Source of the DNA: Nanobdellota archaeon
Lineage (GTDB): Archaea; Nanobdellota; Nanobdellia; Parvarchaeales; Parvarchaeaceae
NCBI GenBank assembly: GCA_021807085.1
Contig: JAKAPM010000002.1
Coordinates: 9,125 to 73,124, forward strand
DNA length: 64,000 bases
Direction: 5' to 3'
Below, in pieces: positions 8,957-17,577 of the stretch; within the stretch, counting starts at the first letter, position 1; every line of letters begins with the position of its first letter. The position numbers and the translations under genes are program-made. The notes below the pieces were generated by a model. It did no database searches and was not told where the DNA came from. It saw nothing but the letters and a program-made list of their open reading frames with translations.

Positions 8957-10702
8957 ATGAATACCGGCGAGATAAAAAAGGTCGTTGACAGCTTCGATTC
9001 GCAGAAGACCGGCGCCAAAGAAGTAAACGAGTGGATAAAAGAGCTCAGAGCGAGAGCATCTGGCACGGAAACGCACTACAGGGGAGAGATAGACTTCAGG
9101 TTTGCCAATGAGATGAAACTTCCAGATCCGGGATTCATAGGCAATCCCGACGGCTACTCAGTCACGATGGACATAAGGAAGCGGCACCAGTTCCAAACTG
9201 AATACATGTCAATGAACCAGATGCTGGCTTCTCTTGGGTACTCTAGACTAGCAACCAATGAGAGCATAGACCCGTCGGCTGTCTCAAACCTAATGACTAT
9301 ATTCCTGGACAAGAAGAAGGCCCTCGAAGACAGGGTGATGCAGCTCCTCGGGAACATAAACACCGTGCTCAAATCCGTGATCGCGATAACTTACGAACTC
9401 AAGGAACTAGACAGGAACCTGTCGTTCTACAAGCTCTCAAAAGCTGGTGAGAAGGAGAAAGCAGAGGCGGCAGAGCTGGCGTTAAAGAGAATATTTCTGG
9501 ACAACGTGGACGCAAGGAAAGGCGGAGCCAGCCTATCGTCGCTGTCGAGGTCGTCGACCCAGGCACAGGGCGGAGGACCTGGTTTCATAGATATAGTGGC
9601 GGCGTTCTACCAGGTGAAGAGCCTTAAGGCGATATCGGATCTACAGAGGAACGAACAGTACAAGAACATACTCAAGAACAGGTACATAGAATATGAGGAC
9701 TGGAAGAAAATAAACGGGGAAGACTTGAAGAACAGGAAGAATATGCTCTTACAGTACCTGAAAAGCCAGGTGAGTTCGTTTAACATGTACACCGAATGGG
9801 CAGCCCAGTACATGACGATAATGAACCGCATAAGGATAGAGAGGATAAAGGGGGGAAAAGAACTGGTGAGCTCGAACGCGCCTGCCGACATATTCGAGAC
9901 GGCGATGTTCAAGATAAACATGATCGGGTACAAACAGATGTATCTCAGGGAATACGACATCGAGCACAAGAAGCTTTTCGGGGAGAGAGGCCCTGAGATT
10001 GTGAAAGACGCCGCGCTCAAAACCATAGGCCCAAGGGGTACGCTCATGACCCGGGGACACAAGGAAGACAACAGGTCTTTCATATACAAGCACATCAAAA
10101 AATACGGACCGGTAGTGGTAACGGCAGTGGATACATCGTTCGGCTTCAGGGAAAAACAGGCGTTCCTGCCGGAATTACCGCAGCCTCCTAACGCGCAGTA
10201 CGAAGGGACTTTCTTCCTTACAATCACCCCGCTGTGCTTCACGCTGGACGAGTGGTTCGTATACAAGAAGGCGCTCGAGGCATATTCGAACAAGACGGTG
10301 TTCGCAGGAGTGGACCAGGCGGTATACCATTCGCTCGACATCATAAAAAAGGACCTTGATAAATACATAACGGAGGCAGACGAGGCGGAAAAGGACAAGG
10401 GACCGAAAAAGAAACAGAACGACATGGCACTTAGCGACATATACAGATCCTTCAGGGACGACTTTTTCGGGATATCCAAATCACTATCTCAGCTCGGAGA
10501 ACCTATCAAGAAAGGGGCAGCAGCGCCCTTCAATAAGGAGCTGTACGAGATAGTCATAAACAAAAAGTTCCACAAGACGAACCATAAGGATGCGATAGAG
10601 GCGGGCCTTTTCGTGGCGAACAAGGAAGCCGAAGGCATGTACAACGAATTCAAGAGAAGATCCAAGCTGTTAAACAACCTGTCGCCGTTCACGATATACT
10701 AG
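8957..10702 (+). CDS. hypothetical cytoplasmic protein (581 aa), no recognisable motifs
   Basis: Long ORF with normal composition, no TM segment and no P-loop. Preceded by a TATA-like cttaaatataaaaa at about 8926. Its stop is 4 nt upstream of the mini pilin-like ORF cluster, in the same frame. Confidence 0.6.
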   Translation: MNTGEIKKVVDSFDSQKTGAKEVNEWIKELRARASGTETHYRGEIDFRFANEMKLPDPGFIGNPDGYSVTMDIRKRHQFQTEYMSMNQMLASLGYSRLATNESIDPSAVSNLMTIFLDKKKALEDRVMQLLGNINTVLKSVIAITYELKELDRNLSFYKLSKAGEKEKAEAAELALKRIFLDNVDARKGGASLSSLSRSSTQAQGGGPGFIDIVAAFYQVKSLKAISDLQRNEQYKNILKNRYIEYEDWKKINGEDLKNRKNMLLQYLKSQVSSFNMYTEWAAQYMTIMNRIRIERIKGGKELVSSNAPADIFETAMFKINMIGYKQMYLREYDIEHKKLFGERGPEIVKDAALKTIGPRGTLMTRGHKEDNRSFIYKHIKKYGPVVVTAVDTSFGFREKQAFLPELPQPPNAQYEGTFFLTITPLCFTLDEWFVYKKALEAYSNKTVFAGVDQAVYHSLDIIKKDLDKYITEADEAEKDKGPKKKQNDMALSDIYRSFRDDFFGISKSLSQLGEPIKKGAAAPFNKELYEIVINKKFHKTNHKDAIEAGLFVANKEAEGMYNEFKRRSKLLNNLSPFTIY

Positions 10703-10705
10703 GGT

Positions 10706-10876
10706 ATGGAAAGAGGCCAGATGCCGGTAACTGAGATAATAGCTATAATCCTTGCGATCATAGTCCTGCTGGTTGGGATAGCTATAGCACTCTACTTGTC
10801 GCACGGAGGGAACAGCATCTCGACTGCTATAGTGCAGCTGTTTTCGTTCAGATGGCTGTACGGTGGCGGACTGTGA
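10706..10876 (+). CDS. mini pilin-like protein 1 (56 aa; class III-like N-terminus MERG|QMPVTEIIAIILAIIVLLVG)
   Basis: Short basic N-terminus ending R-G, followed by a hydrophobic helix of about 22 residues. Not in the ORF track because it is under 60 aa. Confidence 0.45.
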   Translation: MERGQMPVTEIIAIILAIIVLLVGIAIALYLSHGGNSISTAIVQLFSFRWLYGGGL

Positions 10877-11043
10877 ACAACAGAGGTGTAATAAGCGCGT
10901 TCTTCACGTATATCATACTCATAATAATAGGGATAGTGCTGATACTGATATTCCTAGAGTTATTCACGCCCTACAAGATATCGTCGGTCTTCGGGAATTT
11001 TATATCCTCGCTGACCAACATAAACCCGGGTAGATATGCTTAA
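10852..11043 (+). CDS. mini pilin-like protein 2 (63 aa; ...NNRG|VISAFFTYIILIIIGIVLILIF)
   Basis: In the ORF track. RG followed by a hydrophobic helix of about 24 residues. Overlaps ORF 1 by 25 nt. Confidence 0.45.
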   Translation: MAVRWRTVNNRGVISAFFTYIILIIIGIVLILIFLELFTPYKISSVFGNFISSLTNINPGRYA

Positions 11044-11182
11044 CAGGGGCGTTTCGGATTTCATGCTCCTTCTGATAGTAACAATCATAGTGCTAATCGT
11101 AATAGTGATATTCTATCTCGTATTATATTCACCTTCGTCGCTAGAGCACATACTGCCCAAGTTTCCGTCCATACCGGTGTAG
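11036..11182 (+). CDS. mini pilin-like protein 3 (48 aa; MLNRG|VSDFMLLLIVTIIVLIVIVIFYLVL)
   Basis: RG plus a hydrophobic helix. Overlaps ORF 2 by 8 nt. Confidence 0.45.
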   Translation: MLNRGVSDFMLLLIVTIIVLIVIVIFYLVLYSPSSLEHILPKFPSIPV

Positions 11183-11185
11183 AAT

Positions 11186-11347
11186 ATGGAAGCTATCTGG
11201 TTCTACATACTCGCTGTCATATTGGGTGTTGTATTGGTGATTACTTATATATTGTTGGTAGGTCCAGCCGTGATATTGAAGGACATAACTGGCGCATTCA
11301 CTGGTTTTGAAAATTCTCTGTTTTCTGCGTTTGGAAAAGCGTACTGA
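11186..11347 (+). CDS. small hydrophobic protein 4 (53 aa; MEAIWFYILAVILGVVLVITYILLVG...)
   Basis: Begins 4 nt after ORF 3. Single TM helix and no RG motif. Confidence 0.4.
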   Translation: MEAIWFYILAVILGVVLVITYILLVGPAVILKDITGAFTGFENSLFSAFGKAY

Positions 11348-11382
11348 GCGGTTTAAAGTTTATATTTCTGTTTCTACATCAG

Positions 11383-11961
11383 ATGGATATGATTACTTAC
11401 AGTGAGTTCGTAAGGATAAGAAGGCAGGAGCAAGAGGATAACAGAACCCTGACGAAACTCAACGACGGTCTCTACGACGAGATGAAGGAATACATCGCCA
11501 TAAACAAGAACTCATTCGATGAGGCCAGGAACATCGACGACCAGAGGAAGATGGATGAGATTGCGATGCAGATAAAGAACGCACTCAACACGCTAGACCA
11601 GATAATAAACATAAGGATAATAAAGATATCTAACATGGCCGTCCTGGGAATAAACAGCGAAGAAGCCAGGGGCAACATGATGTCGAAGGAACTCATACTG
11701 TTCGACAATCTGCTGGACGTTATCAACAAGCACAAATCTGAGCTGCTCGACCATGTCAGGAACGTTGAACCGAAAAAACTTCAGAAGGTGGAGAGCGATC
11801 CTGACTCTGAGAAGACCATAATAAAAGTGATAGCCGATATACCAAAGTTCATATGGAGGAACAACAAGTCCTATGGCCCGTTCGGGTTCCCGAACGTGAT
11901 AGAGATAGATACCGACGTCGCGGACATTCTTATAAAGAGCGGTAAAGCCGTAGGAGTCTAA
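11383..11961 (+). CDS. hypothetical protein (192 aa), start/stop overlap with downstream Hef-like helicase
   Basis: TATA-like gtttaaagtttatat about 20-25 nt upstream. Helical acidic protein. A GINS-like identity is only a weak guess. Confidence 0.5.
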   Translation: MDMITYSEFVRIRRQEQEDNRTLTKLNDGLYDEMKEYIAINKNSFDEARNIDDQRKMDEIAMQIKNALNTLDQIINIRIIKISNMAVLGINSEEARGNMMSKELILFDNLLDVINKHKSELLDHVRNVEPKKLQKVESDPDSEKTIIKVIADIPKFIWRNNKSYGPFGFPNVIEIDTDVADILIKSGKAVGV

Positions 11962-13493
11962 TGTTCATCAAAAAAGACAGAGTGGCGTTCAGGGAATACC
12001 AAAACAACATTTTTGAGAGCGCGAAGGACAAGAACACCCTTGTAGTCCTGCCTACGGGTCTCGGGAAGACGGTGATAAGCGCACTGGTCGTTGATTACAG
12101 GCTAGAGAAGTTCGACGGCACAAAGGCACTGTTTCTCGCTCCGACAAAACCGCTGGTCAACCAGCACAAGAGGACTTTCGACAGCATATCCACTCTCTAT
12201 GGAGAGGTGGTGAGCGGAACGGTGTCTAGGGGGGAGAGAAAAAAGATATATAATGAGGCACAGATAGTCTTTGCCACGCCGCAGACCGTGGAGAACGACG
12301 TAGAGAACGGGATAGTAGACCTCGGCACATTCAGTGTTGTCATAGTCGACGAGGCGCACCATGCTGTGGGGAATTATTCGTACGTAAAGATAGTCTCGGA
12401 ATATATGCGCGTTTCGAAGAACCCGTTGATACTAGGCCTCACTGCCTCGCCGGCGTCGGACAGTGAGAAGATAAGGCAGATATGCGACAACCTCCGCATA
12501 GCCAATGTAGAGATAAGGAGCGACGAGGACGCGGACGTCAGCCCGTACATAAAATCCAAGCTGGTAGAGGAGGTGAGGGTCGAGCTTCCCGAGGATATAA
12601 ATAGGCTTGCGGCCTCGCTCGACGGAATGATAAAGGCTGGCGTGGACGAACTAAGAAGGGCGGGCTTCTACAAGGACATGCCGGTCAGCAGGATAAGCAG
12701 AGTGTCCATACTCATGCTGCAGAAGAGCCTGCAGAAGCAGATGATTTCAGGAAAGAGGAATTTCTACACCATAAGGGGAATAATAATATCGTCCAAGCTC
12801 CTCAAACTGTACCACGCCTACAACCTGCTCTCCACCCAGAGCCTGGAATCGTTCGTAAACTTCGCGATGAAGCTGACGGCCGGCAAATCTAAATCGGACA
12901 AGGAGATAGCTGCGAGCGGAGGGTTCGTATCCCTGCTGGAAGAATCGGAAAAACTGCTGGCATCGGGGCGAGAACACCCCAAATTGGACAAACTGAAGGA
13001 AATACTCGCCGGTGACTTCAAGAAGGGGCAGAAGGCGATAATATTCACGCAGTACAGGGACACGGTCGACACCATCTGCGACGCGATAAGCGGAGTGAAC
13101 GGTGTAAACGCCGTAAAGTTCATAGGACAGGGCAAGGGCGGCTTGTCGCAGAAGGAACAGATAAGGATAGTCAAGGACTTCGAATCCGGAGTGTACAACG
13201 TACTGGTATCAACCAGCGTAAGCGAGGAAGGGATATCGATAAAGGGCGTCGACATAGCAGTCTTCTACGAGACCGTACCCAGCGCGGTTAGGTCTATACA
13301 GAGGCGGGGAAGAGTCGGAAGGTTCAACGCGGGCAGGATATTCATACTGATAACCAAGGATACGAGCGACGAGAGCTATTACTGGGTGTCGAAGAGAAAA
13401 GAATCTAGGATGAAGAAGATAATAAAGAACATAAAGGATAACCCGGAAACGCTCAGGAACGACGGTACGCTCAGGTTCTTCGTGAACCGCTGA
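11961..13493 (+). CDS. hef: Hef/FANCM-like superfamily 2 helicase (helicase domains only, no ERCC4 nuclease domain)
   Basis: 510 aa. YQNNIF...LVVLPTGLGKT (motif I), VVIVDEAHHAVGNYSY (DEAH), C-terminal helicase motifs QRRGRVGR. Ends without a nuclease domain. Confidence 0.75.
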   Translation: MFIKKDRVAFREYQNNIFESAKDKNTLVVLPTGLGKTVISALVVDYRLEKFDGTKALFLAPTKPLVNQHKRTFDSISTLYGEVVSGTVSRGERKKIYNEAQIVFATPQTVENDVENGIVDLGTFSVVIVDEAHHAVGNYSYVKIVSEYMRVSKNPLILGLTASPASDSEKIRQICDNLRIANVEIRSDEDADVSPYIKSKLVEEVRVELPEDINRLAASLDGMIKAGVDELRRAGFYKDMPVSRISRVSILMLQKSLQKQMISGKRNFYTIRGIIISSKLLKLYHAYNLLSTQSLESFVNFAMKLTAGKSKSDKEIAASGGFVSLLEESEKLLASGREHPKLDKLKEILAGDFKKGQKAIIFTQYRDTVDTICDAISGVNGVNAVKFIGQGKGGLSQKEQIRIVKDFESGVYNVLVSTSVSEEGISIKGVDIAVFYETVPSAVRSIQRRGRVGRFNAGRIFILITKDTSDESYYWVSKRKESRMKKIIKNIKDNPETLRNDGTLRFFVNR

Positions 13494-13494
13494 A

Positions 13495-13944
13495 TCAGGA
13501 TTTTATCTGCACTATACTCTCGCAGAATCCTCCGGATTTGTAGGTCTGCCCGCCTATCTCCACGGAGCTGCCTGTCGTGTTACCTATGAAGATGTTGTTA
13601 CCCGGCTGCAGCTGGAAATCCTGCGAGAATATGCTTGAACCTACAAAGTATGCACCGGCGAAAACCGGACCGGTCAGCGGAGGAATCTCGGCGTAAACGC
13701 TGTAATTCAGACCGGGACTGCCTTCCGACACTGTGACCCTGAAATAATCCGTCTTGGTAGGGGTGCTGACGTTGACCGCCGATATGTTGCACTGGGCGGG
13801 ACTACCGGTGAGCGACGGATTAGTTTGGCCTATGGCTAGCAACGAGAAGTGGAACACGGAGCTCGCTACCAGTATGCCTATCACTACGAAGGATATAAGG
13901 AGGACCATTATGATGATATAATCTATCGTAGATGTTCCTGTCAT
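13495..13944 (-). CDS. pilin-like extracellular protein (149 aa), last gene of five-gene operon
   Basis: N-terminus MTG|TSTIDYIIIMVLLISFVVIGILVA (G followed by a hydrophobic helix). Mature part is Ser/Thr/Gly-rich. Confidence 0.6.
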   Translation of the reverse strand: MTGTSTIDYIIIMVLLISFVVIGILVASSVFHFSLLAIGQTNPSLTGSPAQCNISAVNVSTPTKTDYFRVTVSEGSPGLNYSVYAEIPPLTGPVFAGAYFVGSSIFSQDFQLQPGNNIFIGNTTGSSVEIGGQTYKSGGFCESIVQIKS

Positions 13945-13945
13945 A

Positions 13946-15439
13946 TCAGGCCGCCACCGCGCACAAGTACATCTGATTCATGCCGAGGTAAGCAGCGCTG
14001 TCCACGTGCAGGTTCTGCTGGAACCAGCCGACTATCGAGCCTGCACACTGCTCCAGACCGCTTGTCTTGAAAAGAGTGGTACCCACAAGATTCGGGATGT
14101 TGGACAGCACATAATTGTTGCAGAAGGTATTGGTCTTGCATCCTGCACTGCTGGCACCTATGACTATCCCGCTCGCAGCAGCTCCGGCTATGGATCCGAA
14201 GCTCAACGAGGCGCTCGGAAGGCCGCGCGTGAGCAGCGCATAGGTCGTTACTGCCCTGGAACACTCGTACTCTATCCCGGAAGTCGGGTAATTTACGACG
14301 AAACTGGTCTGTACGCATTCGGACGGAAGCGTGACTTTGTCGGGAGGGAACCTCGTCCCGACGAGGCTGTTCAGGTAGACGATGTAGAGCTGTGCCTTCG
14401 ATATGGACTTGTTGCTGTCTATCGGCACCGCGTTGGCACTCCCTGATGTCTTGTTCTTGTAGCTGTAGTTGACGGTGAAGCCGGGCCTGAGGTAGTTGAA
14501 ATAGGATACGTTCACCACGGAAGTCGGCTTAACAGGTTCTGTTATCTGGCAGGTGTTCGGGACCTCGTAGGAATTCAGCACCGAATCGTAGCCGATGGAG
14601 CACACGTAATCCCCGCTCTGGTTCTTTGCGCAGAAGTCTGTGTACGGCGTAGAGCATCCTGTCGTGGCGCCGTCCTGATTGGTGCACGTACCGACGGAAG
14701 TGTTAAAGGAACAGCCCTCCGACGCGGAACACAAGTACTGCGGTAGGTCGTTGTACGCGGTGTTGGGGGCGGTGGAACTGTAAAGGGGCACAACCGTCAG
14801 CGAGTAACCCTGTGTGAAGGAGGTGTAGCCTGGCTGGTCGAAGCAGCTGAAGAAATCGCTGTTGTTGGATATGCATTCACTGGGATTGTTAAAGTTGCAT
14901 GAGAAGCCGTTCGGATTGGATGATGAGAAAGGGTCAGCGCACGCTTGTGCGGCGGTGTGGTTGAGGCAGCTCACTTCTGTCGTGAAGGGTGTGTTCTGTA
15001 GATATGTGGTCAAGTTGCCAAAGGTTATGTTTTGGTTCAGATCCAGGCTTATAATGCTGCATATCCTCGTGGCGCCGGGGGACACCGTAAGTCCCTGCGA
15101 ACCGCCGTACTGGTCCCAGCATTCGGACAGCGCGGTAGCCACTCCGGAGAAGACACTGGGAGTGGACGCCCCGCTGGAGAAAGTCTGGGACGAAGTGGTG
15201 CAGCCGAAATCGGGGGGATTTATGCCATAGGACTGCAAGGTCGAGCTCAGGCAGAAGAAATTCGAGAAACACAAGTCGTTATAGAAGAAATTCGACACCT
15301 GCGAACTCGCGTAGCACGTGGTAGCGTTGGAGAACCCAACGCCCAGGAATAGGAAGGATGCGAATATGACTATTATGAATATCATGAATATCACTGACAG
15401 GATGATGAAAATGAAGTTCTCTCCCGGCGTCTCAGGCAT
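13946..15439 (-). CDS. Cys-rich extracellular protein with pilin-like N-terminal helix (497 aa)
   Basis: MPETPG|ENFIFIILSVIFMIFIIVIFA, then about 470 aa rich in Cys (more than 25), Asn, Ser and Thr with many N-x-S/T sequons. Confidence 0.6.
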   Translation of the reverse strand: MPETPGENFIFIILSVIFMIFIIVIFASFLFLGVGFSNATTCYASSQVSNFFYNDLCFSNFFCLSSTLQSYGINPPDFGCTTSSQTFSSGASTPSVFSGVATALSECWDQYGGSQGLTVSPGATRICSIISLDLNQNITFGNLTTYLQNTPFTTEVSCLNHTAAQACADPFSSSNPNGFSCNFNNPSECISNNSDFFSCFDQPGYTSFTQGYSLTVVPLYSSTAPNTAYNDLPQYLCSASEGCSFNTSVGTCTNQDGATTGCSTPYTDFCAKNQSGDYVCSIGYDSVLNSYEVPNTCQITEPVKPTSVVNVSYFNYLRPGFTVNYSYKNKTSGSANAVPIDSNKSISKAQLYIVYLNSLVGTRFPPDKVTLPSECVQTSFVVNYPTSGIEYECSRAVTTYALLTRGLPSASLSFGSIAGAAASGIVIGASSAGCKTNTFCNNYVLSNIPNLVGTTLFKTSGLEQCAGSIVGWFQQNLHVDSAAYLGMNQMYLCAVAA

Positions 15440-15472
15440 AAACTAATAGAGTCACTGTCCACTATATATCGT

Positions 15473-16366
15473 TTATTTCGAAGTTATGCACACGAACACT
15501 CTGCTCTGTTTGTACACCATGGCGTTCGTGAGATAACCGCACTGCGGGATGTAGTAGGTGCACCCCGTGCTCAGGTTTCTCACCACCTTCGAGGGGTCGC
15601 CGTTGCTTAGGGAGCTGACCGTGCTCCGGGTCTCTGGAACGGTCTGGTTGCCGTAATAGCACTCGGCCGGGTCCAGCACCGGCTGCTGGTAGTTAGACGT
15701 CAGTATGCACTGGTCCTGGAAGGGTATTGTGCAGTCCTGCGGCGGATTGGTGGAGGGATAGCCGAAATACGAAACGAGATAACTGGAATTGGAGATTAAA
15801 TCCGACGGATTTACGTACTGTGCGCTGCCCCCGGTGCCATTGGTTATGAAAACTATCTGCAGCGGGTAGGAATTGTTGTAAGCGTTGTCTAGGGAACGTA
15901 TAAGCTGGCCATAGTCTACGCTGGTGCCGCTGCTGGGTGAGAGGATGCCGTAATAGCATTCGAACACTTGGTTCATGTTGGAGCTGCTTATCACGCTGTT
16001 TCCAGTGCCGCTGGTTGCACCGTGGAACAGGGAGAAGCACGACGACGCGTCCGCGAACAGCCTGCTGCTAACGTCGGACGTGGAGGAGAAGGCTATGTTC
16101 GAGCTCTGGAGGCACGATATCTGGACCTGGGCTGCCTGTTCGGGAGAGACGTAGTACTGCGATAAGCCGAAATAAGACGCTACGTACGTCAGGGGTGATA
16201 CGATAGAGTTTATCAGGTTGTACTGTTCGAACGCCACGAAACAGCTGAACCCGAAATTTATAGTGCTGATATCAGTTATTATCTGGAAGGAGAAAATCGC
16301 CACGATTATTCCGGCGATAACCACCAGGAAAACGGCTATTATCGTCAGTATTATCCCCTCCTCCAT
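15473..16366 (-). CDS. extracellular protein with pilin-like N-terminal helix (297 aa)
   Basis: MEEG|IILTIIAVFLVVIAGIIVAIFSF, then a Cys/Ser/Asn-rich domain. Confidence 0.6.
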   Translation of the reverse strand: MEEGIILTIIAVFLVVIAGIIVAIFSFQIITDISTINFGFSCFVAFEQYNLINSIVSPLTYVASYFGLSQYYVSPEQAAQVQISCLQSSNIAFSSTSDVSSRLFADASSCFSLFHGATSGTGNSVISSSNMNQVFECYYGILSPSSGTSVDYGQLIRSLDNAYNNSYPLQIVFITNGTGGSAQYVNPSDLISNSSYLVSYFGYPSTNPPQDCTIPFQDQCILTSNYQQPVLDPAECYYGNQTVPETRSTVSSLSNGDPSKVVRNLSTGCTYYIPQCGYLTNAMVYKQSRVFVCITSK

Positions 16367-16548
16367 CAGGCGCCTCCGCCGCCAAGAATGTTACCGAAGT
16401 ATGAGAACGGGGATTGCCCGTGCGAACTCACGTAGAACATGAGTGCCAGGACTGTTATGGCGATTACGAACGTTATCACCACTATTATGAGCCACGTTAT
16501 CCTCCACTCGACGCTGCCTTTGTTATTAATCATACCATCACTGGCCAA
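16366..16548 (-). CDS. small pilin-like protein (60 aa; ...NNKG|SVEWRITWLIIVVITFVIAITVLALMF)
   Basis: K-G followed by a hydrophobic helix and a GGGGA tail. Translationally coupled to its neighbours by overlapping stop/start codons. Confidence 0.5.
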   Translation of the reverse strand: MASDGMINNKGSVEWRITWLIIVVITFVIAITVLALMFYVSSHGQSPFSYFGNILGGGGA

Positions 16549-17044
16549 CGCACGGCGGACAGTACGGACTGTCGCCCTTCACGCACGCTGGTGTGCTCAT
16601 GTCGCAGTTCTCTATGACCGTGGCATTGTTGGCCACCACCGTGCTCTGGTCGCAGCTGAACAGGTCCGCTGTGTTGGATGGCGAGACCACCTTGCACGCG
16701 TTTAGGACCGACTGCGGCGGGGCTGATATGCAGTTCTGTACGCTGACGTAGTCCCCCTGGCCGTTCTTGTAATAGAGATAGTAGCATTCGTTGCTCAGGC
16801 ACGTCTGGTAGGCGGATGACTGGTTGTAGCAGGCGTCGGTCCCGTAGCACCTGAAGAGGGGCGTCCCTTCCATCCTGTTAGGATAACCGTATTCAGCGCT
16901 GGTGAACTGGTTCTCCAGTATGTCGTTGTTATTGCACCCCACCGGGAAGACCGACGAGAAATTCTGGTAGAAGGACACGAAGAGCACGATAGACACCGCT
17001 ATGCCGAATCCCACCTCGAACAGCATGAATTGTTCGTCGTCCAT
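16538..17044 (-). CDS. Cys-rich extracellular protein with N-terminal hydrophobic helix (168 aa), first gene of operon
   Basis: MDDEQFMLFEVGFGIAVSIVLFVSF, then a domain with about 14 Cys. Promoter-like ttgatttttattatgaaaaa lies about 20-30 nt upstream on the minus strand (plus coordinates about 17060-17078). Confidence 0.6.
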   Translation of the reverse strand: MDDEQFMLFEVGFGIAVSIVLFVSFYQNFSSVFPVGCNNNDILENQFTSAEYGYPNRMEGTPLFRCYGTDACYNQSSAYQTCLSNECYYLYYKNGQGDYVSVQNCISAPPQSVLNACKVVSPSNTADLFSCDQSTVVANNATVIENCDMSTPACVKGDSPYCPPCVGQ

Positions 17045-17125
17045 GTGATATCTTAGAGTTTTTCATAATAAAAATCAATCACCGGCACGGTGCGTACAGA
17101 ATTATCCGTCACTGGAAAACGCGGC

Positions 17126-17530
17126 TCAGCGCGCAGAATCAGCCATCAGAACTTCGTACCAGCTGCTCTGGCCGTCGTCTACCAGGAAATAAGAGCCGAG
17201 TACCCTCATGTTGCTGTACTTTCTGGATGCCCTGCTCTCTGCTATCCTCTGCTTGCTGATGTTGAGATTGTAGAATATACCCGATTTGCTTGGCCTCCTG
17301 GCATGCGTGGCCCTGGGTCTCCTGAAACTCCCCTTTCCTATCCTGACCCTAACGACAACGTAACCCGGCTTGGCTCTGTACCCAAGCTCCCTCGCCCTGT
17401 AGAGCTTGGACGGACGCTCGATACGTTCGATTAGCGGGCCGTTCCTGGCTTCGGTGAGCAGCTGTTTAACCCTTTCCCTGTTCTTGTAGATGTTCCTCTC
17501 GTTATTGCGTATGTACTTGGATGCTCCCAT
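17126..17530 (-). CDS. rpl15e: 50S ribosomal protein L15e
   Basis: 134 aa. ERPSKLYRARELGYRAKPGYVVVRVRIGKGSFRRPR...RASRKYSNMRVLGSYFLVDDGQSSWYEVLMAD matches the L15e core. Shorter than typical L15e. Confidence 0.8.
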   Translation of the reverse strand: MGASKYIRNNERNIYKNRERVKQLLTEARNGPLIERIERPSKLYRARELGYRAKPGYVVVRVRIGKGSFRRPRATHARRPSKSGIFYNLNISKQRIAESRASRKYSNMRVLGSYFLVDDGQSSWYEVLMADSAR

Positions 17531-17577
17531 AGGAATTAATCTAAAAACTGGAAGTATAAATAACTATCACCAGTTCG

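Noticed and set aside
9607-10479. 290-aa minus-strand ORF
   Set aside because: It is antisense to the 581-aa plus-strand ORF. Its composition is S/F/L-biased and there is no promoter context. The plus frame is preferred.
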